Shown here: positions 1 to 12,132 of the stretch, one piece after another
Layout: every line of letters starts with the position of its first letter
Numbering within the stretch: position 1 is the stretch's first letter
Origin: Cladosporium halotolerans
Taxonomy: Eukaryota
NCBI RefSeq assembly: GCF_011745625.1
Contig: NW_027191455.1
Coordinates: 744,001-808,000 of the forward strand
Direction: 5' to 3'
DNA length: 64,000 bases
The notes under the pieces: model-generated
What the model saw: the letters and a program-made list of their open reading frames with translations, nothing else
Databases searched by the model: none
What the model was told of the DNA's origin: nothing
Program-made: the position numbers and the translations under genes

Positions 1-1824
1 AACGCACTAGCCAGGGCGGACATAGAGGCCACTAGGGCCACCCAGTGAATGCGAGCATTGCGAACCTCTGGTGGGTCGAGAGTGCCTGTTGCATGAGTGT
101 TGAATTTCTCAGTGAAAGATTTCCAACCCATAAGTAGGTGTTCCTAAAGGAAGTCTGGACTTGACGATAATTGATTTGGTAGAGTACGAGTACGTTAGCT
201 TGATATCAGCGACGCGTTACAAGAGCACCTCCAACATTTTGACAGCGTGGGCATGTTAATATAGCCTTTCGCTTCGAACCTACCGCATCGTCGCAGATAC
301 CTTTCTTCCTTACCTTTCACTGCAGCTCTGCTGGACTCACTTCCCCGCTCACACCCCGTGGGGATCTCCGCATGGACCGTTTGCAAAGACGGGACAGTAG
401 ATCCAATCATACCGTTGTTTATCCAGAAAGGTCTAGGGCACATGAGGATGCGTGGGTGCCACCTGCACGCCGAGACGCTGGAATAACTGGGCGAGGATTA
501 TACGGACGGACGATGTCCGTTGAGATGTGCCACGACGGATTGGAAGCTCATGACCAGCGCTGGAATGATTGGCAAGCTAACCTGTTGCGATAGGCGGCTG
601 TCGGCTAGGTAGCTTTTGTAGCGAATCGACGCTCGGATGAATACATGCGCTGTAACCCGAAGGTGAACTGCCGACCTGTGTCGACCGGCTGACATGAGAT
701 ATCGTGCGAGCATTGATTGGGGCGTCTGGTACATAACACCGCATGCATGAAGGCGTCGTTGGACTGTTACTCATCCATCCGTCGTCGCCGCCTGGGGAAA
801 TGCTCGCGCGGACCACCTCGACACGCGAGAGACATGTGTCGAGTCATGCGAAGGCACGTGGAGGCCGGACCAAGAGCCGCACGGGACCAGCACTATGTTG
901 ACACATATCCGGAGCCGGCAGCAAGTAGGGCGTGGGAGTGGGGGAGAGCAAAAGTGGAAATCCGGAGATGGCACGCGGGGAGGATGCGGGGAGCGAGGGC
1001 GAGCTCGAGATTGCGTGTGGAGTGGCACGACGGCGGCGACGCCGTCTCAGCAGCACCAGCATGGCGGGCGTGGCACTTGGTGCAGGGAGGATGGTAAGGT
1101 AGTGCTGCCGTGCTGGAGTCGCCGGCGAGGCTTCGACCACGCCGTGACGGGGCTTGCCCGAACAGCTTGCCCAAGCTTGGCGGCCAGCTGCTGAGGCACT
1201 CCATCCACAGCCCGCTGCTCAGCACGCGACTTCATCCCATATCTAGACATTTGCCTTTCTGCGAAAACCATCCCCAGATATAACGCAATCTCGGCCTCGT
1301 TGCCGTCGCCTTGTAGGGCCCCGTGAAGCCTTGTAGGGCCCAAATGGGCGCAGTCATTGCGTTTCCGCACCCACAGCATTTTCCTGCCGGTGGCAATCTG
1401 GGTTTCAAGCTCGTGGTTGGCATCTCTCGGCGCCCAGCATTCGCCCACCGTTTCAAGCAAGCCATCGCTGGACAAATGAGACTCCAGGCGATGCGTCGAA
1501 CCAGAGACACGCTATCTATCCGGTTGGCGCTTCTCCACAGCGATATGCAGTTCCGCAAATAGTGATATTGTCTTCTAGATGTTGAATTCGTTGTGGAGAG
1601 CTATCCCGATGCCTTCATCGCGACTCATGTTATCCCGCCGTGGCAGTGCTCTTGGTAGGTTCCTCGGCGGAGACCTGCCCGCGACGCATCGTCATCGCTC
1701 TTCTCGGCCCTGTGTTTAAGAGGCGCTCTTGTGAGCCGCATTCGAGGTGTCTTCCTGCTGACTGCACACTTCGTGTACCTTTGTACTTTCATCTCTAACA
1801 CTCTCAAGACCGCATCCATAATCG

Positions 1825-4800
1825 ATGGTTATTAGTTCCATTCCCTCTCATGATGCCACCCCATCAACCGACCCGCCGCCTCCAGTAGAGGACGAACCCC
1901 CTATATGTGGTTACAATGAGAAACCTACAAATGAGTCGGTGACTACCATCGACGAGCGTTCCGATGACGACGTCACCGAGCTAGCTCACACCACTGATGT
2001 CGCGTTTCTCGCGCGCCATCTCAGTGTCAATACCAAGTACAACACCCAGTTGCATTATCAATCTACCCGTACTGACCTGTCTTAGGAATGGCTTGAGTGG
2101 CGACGATGCGGCAGCCCGCCTTGCTGCCAACGGCCCCAACCGTCTCAAAGATGTCAAGAAAGTCTCGGTCTTCGAGATCCTTCTTAGACAGGTGTCCAAC
2201 AGTTTGACCTTCGTTCTCGCCATTGTCATGATCCTGTCCTTCTCCCTGGGTGACTGGATTGAGGGTGCTGTCGTCGCCGCTGTTGTATCTGTCAACGTCG
2301 TTGTTGGGTGAGTAAACCCTTATGAATCAATAGTTGTCTGCAATCGCTGACAATGTGTCAAGATTCGTGCAAGACTTCAAAGCGGAGCAGAGCGTGCTCT
2401 CTCTGCAGGTCCTGTCCAGCCCAGAATGCAACGTCATTCGCGGCAATGTCATTCAGACCGTCCGCGCAGAGAGCCTTGTCGTCGGCGACATCGTTCAACT
2501 CTCCACCGGTGATATTGTGCCAGCCGACCTGCGTCTCGTCGAGTCACACAATCTTTCAACCGACGAGGCTCTGCTCACCGGCGAGTCGCTGCCCAGCTCC
2601 AAGAACGCTGAGGTCGTGCTTCCTCTGAGCAAGGCCGACATTGCTATTGGCGATCGTGTCAACATGGTCTATTCGGCTTCAATCGTTGCACGTGGCCGTG
2701 GATTTGGTCTCGTCACCGCAACTGGCATGAACACCGAAGTCGGAAAAATCGCCGCTCTCTTGGAAACCAGGAAGCCAAAGAAGAGCTCTTCTCCGTTTAT
2801 CGTTCGCGCCGCAAAGCGCTTCTGGTACGGTCTGAAGTCTGCCCTCGGTCTTATCGGTAGCCCCTTGCAGGTCTCCCTTAGCAAATTTGCTCTGCTCCTC
2901 TTCGCCCTCGCTATTCTTCTAGCTATCATTGTCTTCTCGACTGCCAAGTGGGATGTCTCTGACGAGGTGCTCATCTATGGCCTCTGTGTCGCCATCGCTA
3001 TCATCCCGGAGTCGTTGATCGCCGTCCTGACTTTGACGATCGCCGTCGGCACCCAAACGATGGCCAAGAGTAACATTATCGTCAGAAGACTCTCATCGTT
3101 GGAAGCAATTGGAGGAGCAACGAACATCTGCAGCGATAAGACCGGAACTTTAACACTCGGAAAAATGATTCTGAAAAGAGCAATCGTCGCTGGAGGTGGC
3201 AACATCCGAATCCACGACACTTCAGACCCCTTCAACCCGCACAGCGGCACTGTCGAGTCCAGTCTCGCGACTCAAGAAGGACAAAGGAGCACTGAGTTCT
3301 CCAGATTCCTGGAGATTGTTTCCTTGTGCAATTTGGCCGAAGTTTCGTCCTCAAGCGTCACCAACGAATCCAGTTCTACTCTCCCCACACAGAGTGCCTG
3401 GACCGCCAAAGGCGAGCCGACTGAGATTGCTCTTCAAGTGTTCGCGACCAGATTCCAACACGGAAAGACAGAGGCTCTCGTTAAATCTCAGCGCAAGCTT
3501 CTCATGGAGTTTCCCTTTGACTCCACCATCAAGCGCATGGCTGTGGCGTACACAGGAGCTCCCGGTACCACCGATGTCTTCGTCAAAGGTGCCACTGAGA
3601 GTCTCTTGCCCCTCCTTGCCTGCTCTGATCAAACAAGGCGCGACATCCTTGGCGAAGCAGAGGCCATGGCCCTCAAGGGACTCCGTGTGCTTTGTCTCGC
3701 CAGCAAGTCCGTCGACGACACCATTGACCTGACCGAACGTACCAACGCAGAGAGCGACCTGAAATACGCCGGTCTCGTCGGCATCTACGATCCTCCTAGA
3801 GCCGAGACGGCAGAGGCCGTCCGCACCTGTCAGTCTGCTGGCATCAAAGTGCACATGCTTACGGGAGATCACATCGGCACCGCCTCCGCTATTGCTGCTG
3901 AGGTCGGCATCACCAAGACTGTCAAGGCTGGCCACGGTGTTGTGATGGCGGGTGGAGACTTCGACAAGCTCTCGGAAGCCGAAATCGATGCCCTGCCTGA
4001 GCTCCCTCTTGTTATCGCCCGCTGCTCCCCTACTACCAAGGTCCGCATGGTCCAGGCACTCCACCGCCGTAAGGCCTTTGCCATTATGACCGGTGACGGC
4101 ATCAACGACTCCCCGGCGCTCAAGCTGGCTGATATTGGTATCGCTATGGGCATCAACGGAAGTGATGTTGCAAAGCAGGCTGCGGATATGGTCCTTGCTG
4201 ACGACAACTTCGCGTCCATTGTCCGTGCCATTAAGGAGGGCAGGCGTCTGTTTGACAACATTCAGAAGTTCCTGATCCACCTGCTGGCCTCCAATATCGC
4301 TCAAGTCACCCTTCTGATGATCGGTCTTGCCTTCAAGGACGTCAACGGAAGCTCGATCTTCCCTATGTCGCCTCTTGAGATCCTTTGGGTCAATCTCGTC
4401 ACGTCTGCTCCTGTCGCTCTTGGTCTCGGCCTCGAGCCCGCGGTTCCCGATATCATGAACCGCCCTCCCCACCCTCTTGAGGTCGGCGTCTTCACCTGGG
4501 AGCTCATCATCGACAAGACCGTCTACGGTGTGTCCATCGGCGCCCTCTGCCTCGCAGCCTTCAGCATCGTCGTCTACGGTGTCAACGGCGGTGACCTCGG
4601 CCAACACTGCAACGAAGAATTCACCGCCTCCTGCGAAGCCGTCTTCCGCGCACGCTCAACCGTCTTCGGCGTCCTGACCTTCGCCCTCCTCATCCTCGCC
4701 TGGGAAGTCATCGACTTCCGCAAATCCCTTTTCAACCTCCGCCTCCCCGGTCGCGACTACTCCACGACTTCCCGTAAGGTCTTCTCCGTCGGCCCAACCC

Positions 4801-5075
4801 TCTACCACAACCGCTTCCTCTTCTGGTCCTGCATCGCGGGTTTCGCCATCATCTTCCCCCTCATCTACATCCCCACGCTCAACCTCGACGTCTTCGACCA
4901 CAGGCCCATCAGCTGGGAGTGGGGCGTCGTCGCCGGCTGCATCGTCGTCCAGATTCTCATCGCCGAGACCTGGAAGTGGCTCAAGCGCGGCAAGCTGGGC
5001 CAGAAGCTCGCGGTCCGCCAGCCGGACCATGTCCCGGAGGCTGCGGCGAGCGCTCGCATGACCCTTCCGGTGTAA
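1825..5075 (+). CDS. ENA1: ENA-type (P2D) Na+/K+-exporting P-type ATPase; introns 2037-2085 and 2308-2362
   Basis: Motifs TGES, CSDKTGT (phosphorylated Asp), FVKGA, DPPR, MLTGD, TGDGINDSPAL and multiple TM segments. Two GT-AG introns join three ORFs in frame (..NTK|NGLS..; ..VVG|FVQD..). Subfamily call is from recognition of the fungal ENA sequence style. Confidence 0.9.
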
Positions 5076-5783
5076 TGGTGATACCTTCTGGATGCATTCC
5101 TTTGCTGAGCAAAGGCGCAGAGTTTCCCTATCGCTAGGGTTACCTGTTGCGGTGGGCATACACAAAAGGCGTTGGCAAAGTGATTTGTTTCCGTCCTCCT
5201 AGGGCCCACGAGAGCGTTCAACACTAGAAAGAGGCCCTGTCGCTTCATGGGAAGAGCCCCAAGTCTGGAAACTGAGGACTTTCCGATCTTGCTTCAACAC
5301 GCGTAGACTTGGCGGTGCAATACTTTGGACTTGCATGCGAAGGCACACAGAAATAAGGTCTGTCTACAGGATGCCTGGAAGCATTCGTTGCAGAATCTCA
5401 TGTACATAGCATTGCATACACATTCATTTGGATCGACTAGCTCAATGCTCAGCCCGTGTTGTAGTCGTTTTGTGGCACAAATGAGATTCAAGACTATGAT
5501 TCCTGGCAAGAGCCACTCCACTCGATTTTTCCATCATTCGCCGTGTTTGCGGATGTGCGCAGTGTGAATTCGTCACGTGCTTCCGTGAGCGTTGGTTGCC
5601 ATTATATCAATGCCACGAAGAATCAATGGGCGACGTCACCAATCGAACCCGCATCATGAGACTGAAGTTTAGTTGACGAAAAGAATTTGTTACAGAAGAA
5701 ACGCTACGAAGTAGTTGGTATCGCGAAGAGAATAGAAGGAAAATTCCAGAAAGTCAAAGAAACCCAAGCTCCATCAAATCAAG

Positions 5784-8700
5784 CTAGTTGAGCAGGATGT
5801 CCCACTGCGCCGGCGCAGTGAAAGCACCCTGAGTGCTCTCCGCCTTGCCCGAGCCAAAGCCCTTGGCAGTCCACTTCTCCACGCCCTCCTGGCCCTTGAG
5901 CGCGGCGCCGAACTGCGCGAACAGGTCGGCGTTGAGCTGCTCGTAGACGCCGTACGCCTTGGGCCACTGGCCGTAGCGCTGGAAAGCGAGCTTGAGCAGG
6001 TGCAAGTGGGCCTTGACCTCGACACTGCGGTCGACGGACTGTTCCTCGGTCTGGTCGGCGGGCCCGCTGACCTGCACGCCGTGCTCGGCCAAAATGGCCG
6101 CGGCCGTGTCGTCCTCATCGTCCTGGTTGCCGGAGACCTCCGTGACGAACCAGCGCAGGATGTCCTCCTCGACGAGGACCGCCTTCTTGAAGTAATCGGC
6201 GGACAGCATCGCGGCGCTCTTGTCGCTGCCAGCGTTCTTTTGGTAGAACAGTCCGGTGCTGGTGTAGAGCTGGGCGAGGATCTGGAAGGCCTCCAGGGTG
6301 GCCGGGTGGGAGATGCCGTGGGCGCGGCGCAGGTTGTAGGAGATGTCCTCGCACAGGCGGATGGCCTTGACGGGGTGGCCGGCGAGGTAGCGGGCGCAGA
6401 CGAGGCGTTGGCCGAGGTTGAGCAGAGCCTCGGCGGGCCAGGTGCGCTGGGCCTCGCGGGTGTTCCAGAGGGAGGTGAGGAGCCATTCGAGGGTCTCATA
6501 GTCGGCCTGTTCGCCGAGGAGGGCGATGAGCTCGTTGAGCTCGGTCAGCTGGACCTGGGCAAGGTTGATCTTCTTGTCCTGGCAAATGGCAAGGATCTCC
6601 TTGACGATCTTGTTGGACAGCTGCAGAAGCTTCTTACGGAGAGTCTCGTCAGAGCACTTGTTCTCACCACGACCGTCGAGCTGAGAAGCAAGTTCGAAGC
6701 CCATGCTGATGGCACCGGGCTTTTCGTAACCTTTTTGAACCTGAGCATACTTGAAGCCAACATTGGCGACGTCGTAAGCGTCGGCGAACTTGTTGTTGGC
6801 AACGAGGTTGCTCAGGTTGCGGTTGGTGGCCACGATGACAGCCTTGACGAAGTCGGGCCTCTTCTTGGCACCGAGGAAGTCGAGGATACCAAGGATGAAG
6901 ATGCTCGGCGAAGTGTTCTTGGCCTCGAGGGTGAAACCAGACAGGTCGCGCTGGTTGAACAAAGCGACAATCTGCTGCTCAAGGGACTTGGCCTGCTCCT
7001 TGCGGTCACGCTTGATGAGAAACTGACGCAGAGGCGCAGCAGCGATGACGATCTTGTCGAGGCCGGCTCGGCCAGAAGTCACCTTCTTGAAGTTATTGTA
7101 GTACATACGCTCGGCGAGGAGCTCGGCGAAGATCTCAGACCAAGTCACGGAGAGATCCTTGCGCAAGTGGTACTCGAGGGAGGCCAGGAAGACCAGAGCA
7201 GAGTTGCCACTCTTGTGAGTAACGTCGAACGTGGATCGAGAGCCGGCACGCTTCTCCTGGGCGATGACTTGCATGCGCAGGTCTTGGATGAGCTCCTGAG
7301 CACGCTGGGTCTGCTGGCTGGCGTGGAAGATCTGAGCAATGGACTGAGCGGACTGCATAGCCTGCTCCTGCGAGACCTCACTGGTGGTGATCTCAGAAAC
7401 GGCAGCGTTGATAGACTTCATCGCCTCCTCCGTCTTCTTCTGTCGGAACTCGAGCATTGTGACCTCGCTAAGGCTGCTGAGAGTGCTCTCGTCAGCGTAG
7501 CCAAATGCGGAACGCTTCTCATGGAGCTGTTCAGTGAACAAGCTCCTCGCCTCCTCAAGAGTCTCGTTGCTGACATCCTTCTGCTCAACTATTCTGCGGC
7601 GGAAGATGTTGGTCTTCTGCTGCTTCAGGCTACGCTGCTCAGAAGAGTTGTTAGAAGTCTGCTGCAGCAGCTCCTGGAGGATCGACAGCTGCCTGCTCTC
7701 AGAGTTCGACGTGGTGCTCGACTGGCAGACTTGGTTGTAGATTGCAAGAGCAGTCTGGGTTATGGATGCGGAAGCACCGAAAGAAGCCTTGGTGGTCTTC
7801 TGGAACTCATCAGTGGTGCGGATGATGGTCTCTTGGTCGGCCTGAGTCGCTTCGAGAGACTGGCGGTAGCGATCATACAGAGTCTGGGCGAAGGTTGCGT
7901 CGCTAAACTGCTGGACAGACTTCGTCTTATTGACAAAGGTGCTCCACAGCAGCGAGAAGACAAACGAGGCGTCAATGTACCTACGCTCAGCCCAGTACTG
8001 CGTCGCAAGGATGTTTGCGGCCTCGAAAGACTTGGTGTCGACAGCCTTGGATTCCTTGGTCAGTGCAGTGACAATCTGCTGGTAGTACTCAATCCAGTAC
8101 GGGTGAGTACGAGCGTTCTGGCGGGTACGAGAACCAAGCTCGTAAAGAGTAACGATAGTCAGCTCGTGAGCCGGGCCGCTGATACGAGTGTAGACAGCAA
8201 GCACCTCTTGCAGGACGCTGATGGACCTGTCAGGGTAGCCGTATCTGTCATAAATGCTGATCAACTGGACCTTGGTCTTCTCAAGCAAATCCTTGTGCTC
8301 CTTGGGAGACGTAAGCGCGGCGCGGAAGAGACGAAGATAGACATCCATAGCCTTTTCAATCTTCCTCTGAGCAAGGTATGCCTGAGTGAGCTGCTCGATG
8401 AGAACAAGGTTCTCCTGAAGCAGGGTATTCGAAAGGGTGACACTGCTGAGGGACTCAGACATGAAGGAAGACCAAGTGCGCTGGAGAGTCAAGGTGATGA
8501 ACTCAACAGCTTCTTCGTACTGGTGGAATTCCATGTATTTCTTGGTCTCCTGCTGGACTTGAGACAGAGTAGATGTGTTGATCGACTTGCTCTGGTTCAT
8601 GAGCTGCTCCTTCAGCAGTAGCTGCTGAGAGCTCTTCGTGATGGCGGAGCTTGACTGCTGGCTGTTGGAGCTCTGAAGCAAGTCGGATGTAGTTTGCTCG

Positions 8701-11700
8701 ACCCACTCCTCGAATATGTTGGTAGTGCTCGAAGAGTCCCTCTTGAAGTGCCTCTGGTAAGAGGCGGCCTGGCGGTAGATACTCAAGGCAGCACTGTTGT
8801 GGCCGAAAGACCTCAGGGTGTGAGCAGACTGGGTCAGCTTGTTGACGACCTTTTCGCTGAAAGACAGCTCGTGGTGGCGGTATTCCTCAGCCACCAGCAC
8901 AAGAGCACCAGAAGCCTCAGACTTGCGCTGCTGGGTCTCAAGAGAGTGGGCGTACGAGTTGACAGTCTCCAGCTTGAATTCGTGCCAGTCGGTGGACAGG
9001 GTGCTGCGGCAGATTGTTGATAGCTGGTTCCACAGGTCAACGTATAGCTCCTCGGATGCCTCAAATCTTTTCTGGGAGTCAAGTGACTTGGCCTGATGAA
9101 GAATTTTGATGGCACCAGCCAAGTCGAGAGCATCAGTGGTCTCCTCATCCTCTTCCATGCCAATCAAGATGTTGCCGTGCAAGTCTATCTGCTTGTCGGA
9201 CTTCTTGCGAAGCTTTCCGCCAAGGCTGTCCTTGACACCGCCGTCAACGGCTCCGTAGCGATCGAAGTCGCCACCAGTCTGGAGGCTCTGGTTCTGCTGA
9301 GCGACAAGCGTCTCGATCTTGTCATGCTCATTGATGCTCGTGTACAGGTCGATCAGCTGCTGACGAGTGTTGACGACAAGCTCAGAAGTAGTTCCAAACT
9401 GCTTCTCGTAAGCAGTGATCAGAACCTGAAGCACACGCTCGCGCTGAGTCATGATCTCAGTGCGGGTCGTTGAGGTCATCTGGATAGACAGAGACAAGAA
9501 GCGGTTTCCGCATTCAATGGTGACTGGGTTGCTCGGGCTGAGGACAGTCTGGCCAATGGTGGTAGCGTAGTAGTAGTACTTGGTCGCCTCACGGTCGTTG
9601 CCGATGGGAACGTAGTATGAGGCAGTGTTGATGTACGACTGCATGACCGCAGGGTGGTTTTGAGTGAGGATCTCAGAACGGATGCGAGCAACCAGCGTGT
9701 GAAGCTCAACCTCTTGCGATCCAGGGTACTGGTCATCCCAGCAGATCCACTCGAGGACTGACAGAGTAGGAGAGCTGGGGAACGCCTTCTTGAGCTCGTC
9801 AGGCACCTTAGGGGCAGAGTTTCCGGTCGGCGCGAAAGGAGTCTGCACAAAATGGGTGGTCCAGTAGCGCACAGTGTACTCGAGAAGAGGGAACTTGGAG
9901 AATAGCCTGGACGGAAGTGCAACATCGCCATTGTCAAGCGTAGGCATGCCATCCTTGGGCAAGACACTGTTTGCGTAGGCGAGGGTGCGCAGCACGAAGT
10001 CGACCTGACAGTTCTTGTGGGGCAAAGAGATCTTGCCTTGGTCGATGAGGGGCTGCAGTACAGTCTGCAAGGTAGTGGTGACTTGGCTGTGACGGGGACG
10101 GACAACATCGCGCTTAACGGAAAGCAGCGGCGCAATGGAGTCGACAAGAGAAGTGACGCTTGGCGGCGTTGCAGTGACTTCAGCGGTGTCGGGCTTGACG
10201 GCAAGCAGGCAGGCAACCTCGTCAATGGTCAGAGGGCGAGCGCTGACGGTCAGCCATGAGAGCAGAAGCCTCGATTCCGGAGTCGGCTGCAGGGTAGTCA
10301 GAAGCTTGCTAACAAGGTCAGTCACAGATGGCGGAGAGCTCTTGACGGTCTGCAAGATCTTCTCAAACGACTCCGCAGTCTTCTCGGGGCGAAGGGACTC
10401 GATGAACAAGATAGTCCAAATGAACGAGCCCTTGGCAGCGTCGAGGATGTTGGCAATGATGCTCTCTTGTTCATGGCCAGGCTTCTTGGCGAAGAACGGC
10501 ACATGAGCCAGACCGCGGATCGCGACAGTGTGGATGTCATCCCTGGTGTCCTCCGGCGCAATCTTATAGGTCTGACCACGAGCACCCGATGGCAGCGACA
10601 ACGACTCAGACAGACCAATGAGCTTGGTGCGCTTGCCTCGGCCAACCGCCTTGGTAAGCTTCTCAAGCAGCTGCTGGCCCGCAGCCTGACCACCTTGAAC
10701 CTCGTCGATGCCATCGACAACGATGACCGTGCTGTTGGCGCCTTCGAGAGGACGCTGCAAAGCTTCGACCAAAGCGTTCCACAGATGGTTCTCGTATGCC
10801 TGGGGGTCGGCGGTCCGGCGAGACTCGTGATATGCGTTCACCAGGGAGTGGTACCTAAGGAACAGCAATGGTCAGCCAATTGATCTTTAATATCGATTTA
10901 CAATGGATATGACGTACAGAGCAAGGTTGCCAACACGGTTTGACAACATCTGCGAAAGGATGTTCTTGACCACATGAAGAGTTGTCGCCTCCGACTTGAC
11001 AGCGCCTGCAGAATGTCAGTTGAGGGAACTCTTTACAGAACAATTGTGCGTAGAGCTCACCAATGGAAACAAAGATGGTTTGCAGGCTCTGGCGAGCGAC
11101 CGGGCGTTGCAGTCTTTCAGTGATGGCTGCGGACAAGGTGGTCTTGCCCGCACCAGCAGGGGCTGTCAGGAGCAGGCATTCGTTGGTGCCCTTGACGAAG
11201 TTGGTCAGGTTCTCCTGGAACCAGAGACCAGTGCGCTCGGCGAGCTGGTCGGTGAAAGTGGTGTGATCGCTACCGAGCATCTCCAGGACGCGGTCTTGTG
11301 GCGCAAGCCACTTCGACAGAACATCAATGCTCAAGGCGTCCGTGGTATCAGCCTCGGATTCGATCTGGTAGCTCCAGATAAGGTCGGCGATGTGTGTGCG
11401 ACGACTGGAGGTAGACTCAATAGTCTCGCCAAAAACTTCATGCAAGTCCAGGCTGACCTCGCCTTCAGACATGCTCTGGACAGTCTTGTAGAAGTAGACC
11501 GCGACCTCGACCACAAGGGTCACAAGATCGGTGTACATGAGGCAGAGCTGCTCCTGCACCTCGTGAGTGCAGGAAAGAAGCTCGGAGCGGTCGAGAAGCG
11601 AGCTGATCGTCAAAGCAGACTTGTAGAAGAGACCAAACGCCTTGTCAAGTGCATCTGAGTTCTCGTGGCCGAGCTCCAAAAGGAGGCGGATGTGGGAGTA

Positions 11701-12132
11701 TGCCAACTCGGCAGCTGCGTTGGATCCAAGCGCAAAACCTTGGATGGCAGTCTCAAACTTGTGCAGACGCTCAGCAACATAGAGAGCTCTGATCAGGACA
11801 GTGTCCCATGTGCTACCTTGATGAGGAAGGGTGGAGAGACGCTCGGCGCGAATCCATTGCACGAGCTTGATGAAGGAAGTCTCGCCGACACTCTGAACAA
11901 CGCCCGAGCCCAGCTCGAGGGCGCTCTTCCTCTTGATCGCGGCTGCCGAATCGTGAACAAGAGAGATCTTGTTGGATTGACCGCGGCTAGATGAGCTCAA
12001 TTTGTGGCTGCTGGGGAATGCGCCATTGACCTGGCTCCTGGAGGAGACGGAGCCGGAGGGTGTTCGGCTTGATGGGCTGAAGGTGCCATTCTGCTGGCTA
12101 GCCCAGTTGCCAGAGGAGATTCTCATCGCCAT
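5784..12132 (-). CDS. Large NACHT/STAND NTPase (NLR-like) with a long helical, TPR-like C-terminal region, ~2,076 aa; introns 11006-11060 and 10855-10917
   Basis: Walker A APAGAGKTTL, Walker B TVIVVDGIDE, NACHT-type GSFIWTILF and ARPLTIDE motifs. Introns with GTGAGC/GTACGT donors and CTGAC branch sites join the 425-aa and 1694-aa ORFs through an 88-nt exon. Confidence 0.85.

Noticed and set aside
1..1824. PacC (GCCARG) sites in the ENA promoter, e.g. 10-15 and 1177-1182
   Set aside because: Biologically plausible, but two hexamers in 1.8 kb of GC-rich DNA is near chance level.
3351..4607. 418-aa minus-strand ORF
   Set aside because: Antisense to the P-type ATPase; codon-bias artefact.
6000..8621. 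873-aa plus-strand ORF
   Set aside because: Antisense shadow of the codon-biased NACHT gene; no recognisable motifs.
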